Assembly (NCBI GenBank): GCA_000708835.1 | Contig: DF237097.1 | Span: 28,815-92,814, forward strand | Direction of reading: 5' to 3' | Source of the DNA: Klebsormidium nitens | Lineage: Eukaryota; Plantae; Klebsormidiophyceae | DNA length: 64,000 nt | Part shown: one piece after another, positions 1 through 12,122 of the stretch | How positions within the stretch are numbered: position 1 is the stretch's first letter | Layout of the letters: every line of letters starts with the position of its first letter | The notes under the pieces: generated by a model | Told to the model about the DNA's origin: nothing | What the model saw: the letters and a program-made list of their open reading frames with translations, nothing else | Database searches by the model: none | Program-made: the position numbers and the translations under genes

Positions 1-1250
1 ACCGCACCCCGGCCTACGCTGTCAATTCGTCTCAACAAGATACTGACCACGTGAATCCGACCACGAATTCAATTTAACACGAGTTTAAAATGTCCTACCG
101 GGTACTAGTGATGGAACTCCGGGCCGGGGATCAGTTCACCAGGCTGGACCGTACAGTTCAGATTGCGAACTGTACACTTCAGTTAGGAGAGTACCCGTAC
201 CTACCTCACGCGATGCGCTGACACCACCTGATCTATCGGCCGCATCAGGATAGGTATCGGAGGACCGAAATCAACGCACGTGCCTGGGCCGGGCTGATTG
301 AGCGAATTAATTGCAGAGAATAAACGTTCCGACTCCCGGTAAAAGCTATTACCTAGTACTGCTAGTCCAGACTCCGTAGCAGTCGCTTTGCCGCCAACAT
401 CCATAACCATAAACTTTAATATTAATATGGATCTAATAGTAATAACGAAGAGGAATCCTCTGGTTAACCAACACTAAAACCCTAAGCACTAAATGACTCG
501 CTCCGTCCAGGTCCAGGCCCAGATTTGCCCGGGGGCGCCTCTGCGCCCCGGCCCTCCGCCCGAGAGCGCAGGATAATTCCCGAGGGGCGCTCCGCACGCC
601 CCGCGCCCGCACCTCTGGTACATAGGTACGACCAAACTCAAGTAAACATGTCGCAATGGTCTCATGTCGCAATTGGAGGCCGGAAATCGTGTCGCAGCGA
701 ACGTACCGAGACTTATGATTTCACAAGAGCCAGAATTTAGAAAGCGGCAAGCCCGAGTGGTTTCGACTACCGGTAGGTACCTATCCAGCAGCCGGGTAAC
801 CGGGCGGGGTGTACCGTGTGCCACTCCCTTGCCTCCTAAGGGGCTTGTCTCATAAGGTTCACAACCGGGAGACGGGAAAGGTTAGCTTGGTGGTTAGGGT
901 GGGTAGGGGTGCGGAGCGCGTAAGAGTTTGGGTTAGGGTTTTGAGTTGAGATGCCCGGCGCTGTGAAGCTAAAGAGACAAGCCCCTTAGGAGACAAGGGA
1001 GTTGCCAGTACCCCGGCCGTAGTGACAAGGCTAGGGCCTAAAACTGATGCGCAAAACCCGGTACGTATAGGTATTATCCATTGATCAGCATACCGTACTG
1101 GCAGGCTGAAAGCCTGAAACCTGGGGACTTGCATGAGTGATACCGTATCCCGGGCCGGGGCCCGACCGCCCGGGTCTGGTTGGCGATACCGGTACCTACT
1201 ACCTAGGTACCTGCAGTATTGTCAGGCTAGACCCCAAAGTTAGTAAGAGG
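1..1250. mobile_element. Candidate non-autonomous repeat or TE remnant region, no coding capacity recognised
   Basis: Dense GTAC/GGTACC and CCGG motifs. CCGGGCCGGGG occurs at ~119 and ~1151. Telomere-like words are present (CTAAAACCCTAA ~474, GGTTAGGG ~893 and ~934), along with an internal inverted repeat. No terminal repeats, target-site duplication or transposase were identified. Confidence 0.3.
820..1005. repeat. Inverted repeat with 32-bp arms and a 122-nt G-rich loop
   Basis: 820-851 GCCACTCCCTTGCCTCCTAAGGGGCTTGTCTC pairs with 974-1005 GAGACAAGCCCCTTAGGAGACAAGGGAGTTGC at 30/32 positions. Confidence 0.9.
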
Positions 1251-1791
1251 CAAATTTCATAGTTGTCCCGAGTCCAGCGTGACGCGTTAGCGGCGTCACG
1301 GTTGATCGACAGTTTCAACTTTTCAACGTCAGTGCTGCTGCAGTGTCATTGGAATGATGCCGCTACGTAGTTGGTTGTGTTGACACCAGACATGAATCGG
1401 TCACCTGACACCCATGTGAATCTAAGATTCAGAAAGCATGATGTGGACATCGTCACATGATCACCTCATGCAAACTTTGCTGAGTTGCTGAGTTTGCATG
1501 AGGAAGCAGCTGAGCTCGCTGCTCCACTGGTTTTGCAGGGGTACCATGTTTCAGTTTCAATACTCGGTGCTCGCAGCTATTAGTATGTAGGTAGTGAGCA
1601 ACCTTCGATATGTGAATACGTGCTGATCGACCTTTACCGTGCCATGGTTTCACCTCAAAGGGGCCTTCCTCAACCTGCCAAAAGTACATGGAAAACTCGT
1701 TGGATAGATAGAGGATCTGTTCGGTCCCGTGCACAAGCTTCTTCGCGGTCTCATTTCATCTGTTGGAGGCCGCCATTTTGATGGTGATGCC

Positions 1792-4700
1792 ATGGAGCAA
1801 CCGTCTGAGCTGTCACAGCTTCCGGGGGAGCTTCTTCTGAAGGCAAGTGCTCCTGTTCTACTCATGTTGAATGCTTCATTCTCCGGCTTGCATGTTGACT
1901 TGCCGTTGCGAGTTGCACAATTAAAGCACCTTCACCCTTGCGCAAGCATGCCAAATTGCCAGGCAGAATGGAGCCAACTTATCACATCTTTGGTGGCACT
2001 CTGAGAGCAGCGATATCTGTGATGTGGATTGCCAACTCACTCAAAGTCGCATTAGCTGGCAGCTTTAGGGTGGGATCGTAGTGCCTGAATCATGCAAAGT
2101 ATATCTTTTGCTTCGATCACATATCAATTTGAAAAACATGAAAGACTGTGAAATGATTTCTTTCATTCACTGTAAGAAATGACTGGCATTTCATATCTGT
2201 ATGAAACGCTCTTCATGACTGGCATGAGGAGCTCGTGACTGGCACATTGCTTTTTGTAAGATATGACCACAGTACAGGACTTGGACCTGCCAAGAACTCT
2301 AGTGTTGGTTGGTCTGGTAGAGATTCAAATCCTCAAGGACTTTTGGCCGACGCCATTTAGCACCTTCGTTGATTCCTGGTGCAGGTTTGTTTAATAGAGC
2401 TGGCTAAAGACTTGTTTAAGATATCAGGATATAATCTGAAACTGGCTCCTATTGTGAGCCCTGGCGCCTAAAATCTCCACGAGTTCTCAGAGGAGGTTAT
2501 GCAGTGTCAAGGGAACCTCTCAAGGGAGTCACATCAATTCAAAAGGGCATTGGACGAAGCTCTTTTGCATAATGAGGGATCCCTCCCCCCCAGAATGTGG
2601 CAAGGTCAACACAAAAGAGGCTGTGGTATAAGTTTCGCTGTCCCGGTGCTTCTAATTGGTTGTCTTCGTGAGCATTGTCTGACTTGCCAGTGTCGAACTC
2701 CAAGACTTCTTGAAGTTCAGGTCATTGCCAAGTCCTTGAGCCTCTGATTTGGCTTGCATTGAGATTGGCCTCCAAACTGACCTGAAGCCTAAGGTTGACC
2801 TAGCCACCCTGTGGCTGCCTTGCAGATATTCCAAGGGCTGGGACTGCACGACTTGCTGACTGTATCTCAGGTCTGCAAGGCCTGGCACTTGTTAAGCTCC
2901 TCAGACTTACTCTGGCGGCCTGTGTGCTCTCAAACCTGGGCCCTGTGGGACACTCGCTTCCCAGACCCTGCCAGCCACTCTGAAACAGCAGGTAAGCTTA
3001 GCAGGACCCCTTGGTTGAAATTGCAGGTCTTACCCTCTGTCCTGGGGTTCTGGAACTCGTTTGCTGCTATTCACTTGTATGACCTTAACAGAGGCTGCAA
3101 TGATTCAATCGTGATGCCACTGACAGTCCCCAAACCTCGCACCAACTCCCAACTCAACTCCTATGATATGCTGTCCTCTAGCAGGCACATTTCCTGAATG
3201 TCTAGGACCGGATGTGTCAGGAACGTCAGAAGCCTTTAACGTTAACAAACCAATCAATGATTCAGATTAACGCATCAACTGCTGTTGGTTGCTCTCACAG
3301 GCGAGGCTTCCCGTGTATGGAGTCGCGTCTGTCAGGATCGGTGGAAGCTGGACGTGGAATGTCGTCACCTTGTTTCCGAGATGTGCTGGCCGCTCCGGCA
3401 GGCAACCGCTTTGCGCCGCCTCGTCGAGCTGAACGTTTTAATCCTAGAAGTGAGGCCTGTCTTTCCTTCCCCCTTAGGTAACTATGCTTTCAACCTCCTT
3501 GTCCAGCTTTCCTCATTCCCTGCTTTTTGGTCAGGTTTACGTTGTTTTCAGCACAATGCACGCAACTACTGGAAGTGAGCTGCGTGTTCTTCCCCCATGG
3601 ACCAACATTTGATTACAAGGCAAAGGCGATTGTCGAGGAAGGGTGGGGTCTCTCCTCCATGATGTTGTGTGGGGGTAACTTGAGGGGTCAATCTAACCAA
3701 AAACTCAGGAAGTACTGGCATCAGTCAAGGGCATAGCAGCAACTTGGGCAGGGCAACTTGAGCAAAGTTATCAGTGAATGATGCCGTATGTTAGTATTGT
3801 GATCGCTGGAGTCACCGTCAGCTGGTTAGCCTTCCCTCTAAATTCACATTGGCACTCTGCGTGCCAGAAGGCCCCTGGCATCCCAACCATAGCATACCAA
3901 TTTCTGGTGGCGCAATATCTTACCCAGTTCTCATTTCTTTCGAGAACTGCTTTCAAGCCCCAGATGATTCCAAGACTTCTTTCGAGAACTGCTTTCAAGC
4001 CCCAGATGATTCCAAGACTTGAATTGACAACGCCAATCTTGCAACAGGTTGCGCAATTCTGTCAGTATGAGTGCCTCTGCAAAAGTTCTTTCAAATGTTT
4101 AGACTTATGGTTGAAAGAATCCTCATCTCGTTCGGTGGGCCATTTTCTGCAGAGGCCTGACACCAATCTTCATCTGAATCATTCAGAAAGTGTAGAAATA
4201 TACCTAGCATTTCATTACCGGCCAAGCTTGAAGGTCTTCTGGGAAAAAATCCTGAACAGTCAAACCAACTTGAAAGGTAAGAGAGTCTTGTCTTTCATTC
4301 TCATTCCAGTGTCGCCAAAGGTGCAGCATCTGGCAGGTGTTTGAGACCTCTTGGAAATTGGTGAAGCTCAACCTAGAGGATTCAAAGTCCATAAACAGCA
4401 TTGGTAGTAAAAAAAGTTTCTCAAATGATCGTTTTCCTTGGTTCGTCAGGAGGTACAAAGGCTGGCCAATCGCTCAGAACCCTTGCAAGCTGGCACCCGC
4501 TACTTTGCTCGGGAGGCGCTCCAGCGGCTCCAAAATCATTTGACGGTCCAAGAGATGAGTAGCTTAGTGGCGCTCCCTGCAAACCAGGTTCGTTAGAAGG
4601 CCGTCGTGGTCGCCATGAATTGAAGACTCGACTTTGTGGTCTGTGCGTACACCTACATCAGTGGTTCACACATGCACCCATCTTTCTGACGTCAACATTT

Positions 4701-7700
4701 GGGACGTGTCTTGCTTTTGATTGAAGTTTCCACCTACCTTGGCAGCGGTTAACACAGGATGTTAGAATCGTGCTTTTCCTCAGTCCGTTTGACCTTTTTG
4801 TCTGGCTCCCCTAGCTACTTCGGCCGAAACCATCTGGTTTCGGAGCTTAACCCTCCCATCATCTTGACCTCCTTGGTCAGATACTTAAGCTGCTCAAAGG
4901 GACACAAAATTGAAAGCCAATTCCTGAAAACGCCTCTATTACAGCTTCCTTGACTTAATTTGAAGTGCCTGAGCTGACATCGCTCTCCTTTCCGCAGCTG
5001 GACCAGCATCTGTTTCGAGGAGCTTGCTTGATTGCAAAGCTGAGGTGAGGTTGATCAGGATGACGATCCTCATGCTGCCTGGCTTTTCCACACAGCAGTT
5101 TTGACTGATCCATGCAAAGTATTCCAGAGCGGAAGTGTTGCAACACCATGCAACGTGTCATGCAACGTGTGGGGAAAGTTAGCCGACCTGTACTGTCTTC
5201 TCGTCTGCAGAGAATCGGCTTTGGTCTAGTAAAAGGAACCCTGATGTCGGAGCTTTTCTTGACGCACTGCAAGAGCCTTGGTCGACTATCGTGGAATGAT
5301 CTTGTTTTCGACTAAACGGCTGCTACCCTGAGCAACCTTGAGGCCCGAGTCCGCCTATATCATCGTTCCGCGCCTGTGCATATGTGGACCACTGAGGCCG
5401 CCCCATTTCTTGCAATATCCTGGGGTTTACCATGGACCTTCTGTGGAGAACGTTCCTGGGGAGGATTGACGGCAACATTCACCTTTGGAACGGGCATTTG
5501 TGCAATCTGGCGACTTACAGGAAAGTCCTTTGACAGGACACTCAACGAGAACGTCACCTCTTGAAGGTTTGTTGTGTCAAATCAGGTCGTGTCCCTTCAG
5601 ATATCCCGAGATTGATGTGGCGCAGCTGGAGGCTCACGTGGATTCCGTAGCTTCAGTTGTCAGAGCGCGCATCCGTCGGGACGTTGAGTGAGCAGCAACC
5701 GCGTCGAACCTGGTGCCTTACAGAATTTGCCACAGATGTTCTTTGACGAATCAACGGACCAAGGTTTGAGAAACCTAAGGTCAATAGCTCTTTAAGACTC
5801 TATGAAGAAGCAGGTCTGGTTTTCAGCATCAGTCTTCAGTTGTCGGAGGGGGCGTGCTTAGGTTTAATCCGCCTGGTGTGCCTGTGTTTGCCCAGCCTGC
5901 TTCACAATGTGGCAGATCCTCGTTTTTGTGACGACCCCGGACTCAGGCGGTCTGTCACCAATTTGGGGAATCAACATCCGGCTCCTCACCTACGAAAGAC
6001 GTTTTGCTTCTTTAAGACCTCTGAAAATTGGTTGCTCGATTTGTGGCTCGATTTCCGAAACCGCTGCTTAAGTTCAAGGAGGAATGCGTGGCAAATCAGC
6101 CCGTTACGGCATGTAACGAGGCCATAACTCAAGCTCGATTGCCGTTGCTCAACGTTCTTGAAAGGGTGCTTTTCTCGACCGAACCTGTAAACCGGCTCGT
6201 TTTGCAGGGGTACCTCGGTCCAGTAGGTACCCAAACCCGAAACGGTCTTCCAAAAATACTCGAACATATCAAGCCTCCATAGAGTATATGTCGAAGCTCA
6301 AAAGAGTTGACAACCGCCCCTTTTGCAGGGTGACCCGGTGCGGGGGGCCTGCCACCCAAAGGGGGGCTCTAGCCGCGGTGCAGATTTTGAATGAGGCGCT
6401 GTTCGGTACGCCAGACGAGAACGCGGTTTCCGACGACGGGTTCTCGGGGCTCCAGCTGACTGGGAACACTCAGGAGTACTATGTGCCCGAGAACTCGTTT
6501 CTCAACAAGGTGCTGGAGGGGCGAAAGGGCATCCCGATTACGTGAGTGGGGCGGCCAACCATTATGACTTTCTCAAAGTTGATCCATAACCTGTTCGCAA
6601 TCATGCGGACTTGGAACTTCCTGAGCCTGCACCATCTTCTCGTAATCCTTGATTTTCAACCGCATACCTATGCTACTTTCAAGCACCTTGCAGTCTACCT
6701 GATATGCGTCCAGGAGAATGCTGCATAGGGAGGTGGGGGGCTTTCTACCCCAGACGCGGTATAATCGCCCTCGTCGTGCGTTTCCGGGACTCTCTCTTGT
6801 GCGCTTCCTTGTTCGGAGTCTCCTGCCCTTTGTCAAAGATCCTGCTTTCCCGAGGTCGCAGGCTTGCCATCATCTATGCCACCATCGGACGGCTGAGCGG
6901 CATCCACGTGGACTGCATCGGGATACCGGCACACTTCCTTGTCCGGGTCGGATCCGAAGGGTCCCCCGAGGAGCGCTTCATCGACTGCTTCCATGGAGGC
7001 AGACTACTCACACGAGACGACGTTGCGCAACTGCTGCGGTGAGTCCCATGTCGCAGGCAGGAATGGTCACTCTTTGGTTCTGCTTTTCCTGCCGGTTCGA
7101 GTATTTCAGGGTGTTGACAAGTTTCGCGGAAAAATCCAGAGAACCGTCTGCCCAATGCTCTGGGGGCTTTGATGTCCTTTAAATGTTGGGTTTGCTTCGC
7201 ATTCCCGGTTTTGGGTTCTGTCTTCTGATGTCCAAGTTTTGGGTTCGTCTCCAGATGTTCAAAGGGCCCTCAGAGCATTCTGCATCAAGACATCGACGAC
7301 CCTTGTTCTCTTGGATTCCAAACATACCCTCTAGAATCTTGCATCCAACCCGGCAACACCTCAAGCTACAGCTGAGCTTGACAGACGAGCTCGATCTTGT
7401 CACTCTCGTGCAGGTCGATGGGGGTAGCTTATCAACGGGAACTCCTTCGGCCGGCTGCAGCTGTGAGCGTGTGGGCGCGCATGTGCAACAATCTCGTGGA
7501 GGCGTATCGACGGGTAAGCCCTTTCGGTCGGTCGAGATCCCCCAGACAAAGAAGACGCCTTTTAGATTCGTGTAGAGACGATCGCCGCCTCTATTCTGGA
7601 TAGTCTGCAAAGCGATGGGGTAGGTTCAGATTACATCTAGGTTGAGTAGAGTGTTTGAATGCTGCAGGAATGGAGAATACTAGGGCACTTAAGTTTGTCT

Positions 7701-10700
7701 CGGAACTTCGTCTCGGAACTTCTGACATTCCTATCAAAATGAGATACTTTGAAAAGAATCCGACGAAAACAAAATATATTTAGATTCGTCAACTTTTTGT
7801 GGTGGCGACTCCAAGCCTGCTGAACGGAAAAGGATGTTGGCAACGTCATCTCTTACGGGGTCCCAACATGTTGTCCTCGGAACGTATTGGCGGTGATCAG
7901 TTGCGCGCCGGCCCTATTGCCGTATTGTGCGTCCGGTACGGTCGTTGAGCGTGCGTAGATTCGCAAAAGACGGAATGCCTGCTTGTGTCAGCAGTCCCCA
8001 CGCGAAGGGTTGCCAAAAGCTAGAGTTCTCATCTTGCTGGCTTCACTGACCGTAATGTCGATCTGGACTGAGCTGTGCGGGGGAGTCTCAAGTCTCATGG
8101 ACGATCGTGCCTAGCGGGAAGAAATGTTTGCTTCTCCCCCTCAGACGTTTTCGCTCTTGCCTGGAAGCGCCCTTGGCATCGTGTACTGACCTTAAGCTTT
8201 TTAACATCAGAATCGTGGTTCTTTCTGCAGCAAGAGAACGACCCTGAAGGCCGGCCCCAGATCCGGACGGTACAACGGCGGCTGCTGCGGACGCTGGACA
8301 TGCTGCTGGCCGTCTGTCCGCACGAGGCGGGCGCGCGCTTCTTGCGGGTCAAGGTCAGGCTGCCACGTGGACGCTTATCTAACGAAGCTTCAATCCGTCT
8401 CGAATTATGTTGCAGAAGTATTGGTCGTGGGCGTAGGTGCAATTAACGTATACCTCATCGTTACTTTTGGAAGTGAAGAACGTACTTGAGAAAAGATCCG
8501 TTGTTCGCAGATTCACGACAGTTTTGGCAAGATTTTGAGACGCTCAGACTCGAACTGTTGGTCTTCCTAATGTTGTCGTTTGATTGCCGGTTTGTCATTT
8601 CTGACAAGCGGGTCGCCCGTTTGAGGACAGAAACACGCTCACACGAACTATCTAAGACCAAACGGTGCTTTGCTTTTGTCCCTTTGGAAGTTCGGCTTTT
8701 CCTTGTCTTCCTTCTGATCCCCTTTCGCTGCCAGGTCCCTTCATCTCCTGACGTCATGCTCCCGTCACCTCCGCAGGTTGAGCTTGCGTCACTCCAGTTT
8801 GAAGGGGCGTTGGAGGACATACAGGTAAGCTCGCCCTTCTGCGATTCTCCCGTTCAGAATTTTCCTATGCTTGTCTTTTTCCTTGAGAAGCCCGACTGGA
8901 AGGTTGCTTTGTAACAAAGTTTCTCGTTTTTTTATCAGCGAGCCGGACGCTTTGCTGGAGGGTCCGCACACTCTTACGAAACGGTGTACCGACCACTTGC
9001 ATTGTCTTTCTCGCTGTGACTTGAAAGGCATGCGAAATGCGGGCGGCGCCCAGGAGACGGGTGGAGTTAGTATGTTGATGGGGGTGGTTTTGGGCGCAGA
9101 GCGTGTAAAGCTCTTGGTTTTGGCTTTTGCGTTGAAGACCCGGGGGACTCAAGAGTCCAGGTCAAACTGTGTGCAAAAGAACACACCAGCACACCACTTG
9201 CAGGCCCTTCTGAGAATGGAGGAGGCCACGAGATCCGGTCTCAGTACGGCCTTCTCTTTATCCAAACGAAAGAAACAGAATCAGCGACGGCGGGCAAGGT
9301 ATGCGGACAAAGAAGACCGGGGAACTCGAACCTCAGGTCAAACGTGTGTTGAATGGAATTGACCAGCATACGCCTTGCAGGCCCTTCTGAGAATGGAGGA
9401 GGCCGGCCGGGAGACTCCCCCACGAGCACTGCTGCTCCAGTATGTGCACCGCGCGCAGGAAATGAAGCGCCAGCATCAGGTGGGGAACTTCTTCATCCTT
9501 CTTTTCGCATGGCTCTTGTTGGAGTTTAGCAGCCTGCTCTTGCCTTTTCGGTCTTCGTTTCCGCATCCTCCCGCCCGCAACGCTGATTTCTCTTTCCGTT
9601 TCCGGAAACAAGAGAAGGCTGTACCATCTTGTGACCAAAGCACGGTCTCGGGATGATGACCTCCGTACGGTCGTTGCTTCGAGGAGAGGGAAGCCACAGC
9701 TTGCGTAACATCCTCAATGCTCACATATTAAGGATTTTGTGCTTGCGCGCCGACCTGGGCCAAGACGATTAATCGCCGCTGGGCAATCATTCCACCATAT
9801 TTTTTTAAAGTCGGCATCCTAAGCTAGTTTTCTTTTGCTCGCCTCTCTGCTCACCCCCCGGCGTGAAATTCTGGCCTTTGACCGCACCAGTTGCGGTATT
9901 TCGACTCTGTTTCCTTCCGCTATTCGGTGCTCCTCTTCTGACTCAAAACGTTGGTTTGCAACAGCCATTAATTGTGTAGTCCCGTCCATTGTTTGAGCCA
10001 GAATACTGACCTGTAAACGCACCTGATCTAATACTCCCGCCCCTTATCCTAGTCAAGGAACTGACCTGTAAACGCACCCCTTCGTTTATCCCCTCCCACC
10101 TTCGGAGCTAGAATACCGGTTGTGAACGCACCTGTTTGTGCATCCCACCCATCTTCGGAGTCAAGATACTGACCACTAATTGCACCTAACCAAGTAGATC
10201 CCGCCCATCTTCCGGGGTCCGTATATGCTTTCAAGCAAGTATCCTTGCCCATCTTCCGAGTTAGACACGGACTGTGACACGACCTAACCGACTTTTTCCG
10301 CCCATATCGCTAGGGCTGGTGCGAGGAAGTCCGCGCCCCGCGCCCCCCCGGGCTGCTCTACCGGGTGGGGCAAGTGATGCACCACATGCAGTACGACTAC
10401 CGGGGCCTCATCTTCGGGTGGGACCCGGTATGTACCGCCGACGAAGAGTGGATCCAGGCCATGCAGGTGGACCGACTGTCCGGGGGACGCGCCCAGCCCT
10501 TCTACCGGGTGCTTGTCGACGAGCAGGAGAGGCGCAGCCAGTCTACTTATGGTGAGTCGGGGGGACAGTCGGGGGGACGATCGGGAGGTACTGTATAACG
10601 TTATCTCTAACGAGCAGGAGGGGCGCAGCCTGTCTACCTGTGGCGAGCGAGTTGGGGGATTGGCGGATCTCGGGATTGGGGGTAGATCTACCGGGGAAGG

Positions 10701-12122
10701 TCTTTGGGTGTATGGAGGAATGTTGATGACGTGTGGGTTGACGTAGGAAAGAAGGACCTTTGTTTCAGTGCCGGGTCCCTCCTTCCTGCATAATAAAAGG
10801 GCCAGGATTTCGTACAGTTGACATTTGGGGCTTACATGAACTCGAAACTCACTTTCCCACGGTCGTGGATCTTTTTCAACAGAGTTTGCTCTCTGCGGAG
10901 CTGAGTATTTGCTAAGACTCCGGGTCGGGAGGTATTTAGTAGGCTGAAGTTCTCTCGCACTTCAGCTCAATGAACTGTGAAGGATTTTGAGTGAAGGCTC
11001 CTAAAGCTTTGCGGGGGTCCGCCCCGAGATCGACGATGTGGATGTGAGTCGATCCGTTGCAAAGCAACCCCTCTCTGAGCGTTCAATCTTCATACGCTGT
11101 TCTTCAAGCCTAAAGTCTCACGGAAATTTTGCGCGCGTACAAGATCGTTCGCAGGCATGTCACTCGGAGGCACCCAAGTTGACATCAGCTTTCGGACTGC
11201 TTTCGAGTAACGCGCGGAAGCAAGTAAAGGCGTTCTTTTTGTGGAAATCAAATCCCTGCAGGAGCAGCCCATCAACGGATCTTTGATAATGCTTCCTCGC
11301 AGTGGCTCAGGAGAACATCGAACTGATTGCACCAACTGCCCAACCCTTGCAACTGGAGGAGTTTGGGATGCACTTTTTGGGATTCAGGTATGGTAATCCA
11401 CTCGCCGTTCACTTCTGGGGCGACGAAGGTAGCCCACTTATCCGGAAAACCGTGCGGAGCAATCTGGTTTGGAAGCTTTTAAAGAAAACCGTCACGGAAA
11501 GGCATTCGTCTCTCACTAGGCACGTTTCTGCTTGTATTGGAGCTTAGGGTTCAGCGTCCGTTACAACCTTCGCTTGGTTGCCGTTTGATTTTGAGCTCGC
11601 TCCTTCATGCAAGCATTTCCCCTAAGGAACTTTTGCCATCCTTGATGTGGGGCTTCAAGGGGTTTGCTGACGGCTGCTTCGGACTTGACTGTTGCAACTT
11701 CTGAAATGACAGTTTGCAGAGGAAAAGGCGCCTCACTGGCTGTCCTTTTACCGTTCCTGCGGACTGTGCACTCAGATCTGAAGGCCCAGACTGCCACGTG
11801 GCAAGCCACTTCGCATGCCAGCGGCAATCTTTAGCATCGGAACGCCACCTGCGTTGAATTTGGTCCTAGCTTTTGATTACTTGATAAAGTTGCAGCGTGC
11901 CACCTGGTTGGGAGCAATCCTGGGTGAACGTTCATCTAACCTTTCTGCTCCTTCACACTTACCGTATGCCACTATTTGTTGAACTCAATCTGTCCATTTC
12001 TTTTTGGGCCCTTTCGATCTCACTTGTTGCTTGTCTGCTTGATCAGTGCCAACGGCGAGGGTAGCGGGGTCTATGTGCCAAACGCTTACTTGCGATACCG
12101 CTACCCAGAGGACTTTGCGTGA
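1792..12122 (+). CDS. FBXO21: FBXO21-like protein: F-box + Transglut_core2 (SirB1-like) + YccV/HspQ-like domain, ~598 aa, 15 exons
   Basis: Exons 1792-1842, 2826-2991, 3301-3449, 4450-4587, 4998-5044, 5601-5687, 6329-6541, 6862-7038, 7414-7513, 8231-8353, 8777-8824, 9381-9479, 10314-10551, 11303-11387, 12047-12122; all junction phases are consistent. F-box motif LSQLPGELLLK|IFQGL..DLLTVSQVCKAW. Transglut_core2 motif YYVPENSFLNKVLEGRKGIPITLAIIY..IPAHFLVR..FIDCFHGG. YccV motif YRVGQVMHH..YDYRGLIFGWD..QPFYRVLVD..STYVAQENI, ending YVPNAYLRYRYPED. Confidence 0.85.
3937..4020. repeat. Exact 42-bp tandem duplication in an intron
   Basis: CTTTCGAGAACTGCTTTCAAGCCCCAGATGATTCCAAGACTT occurs twice, at 3937-3978 and 3979-4020. 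Confidence 0.95.
10001..10260. repeat. Degenerate ~55-bp intronic tandem repeat, about 4 units, upstream of the YccV exon acceptor
   Basis: Recurring GA(A)TACTGACCTGTAAACGCACC-like heads at ~10001, ~10058, ~10111 and ~10166, and CCC(G/A)CCCATCTTC tails. Confidence 0.65.

Noticed and set aside
3535-3574. Possible small FBXO21 exon (HNARNYW or VYVVFSTM)
   Set aside because: Its phases do not fit the next exon, while the direct 3449/4450 join is in frame and reads naturally.
5396-5545. Protein-like intronic frame MDLLWRTFLGRIDGNIHLWNG
   Set aside because: It is bounded by stops, lacks a convincing acceptor, and the gene model is complete without it.
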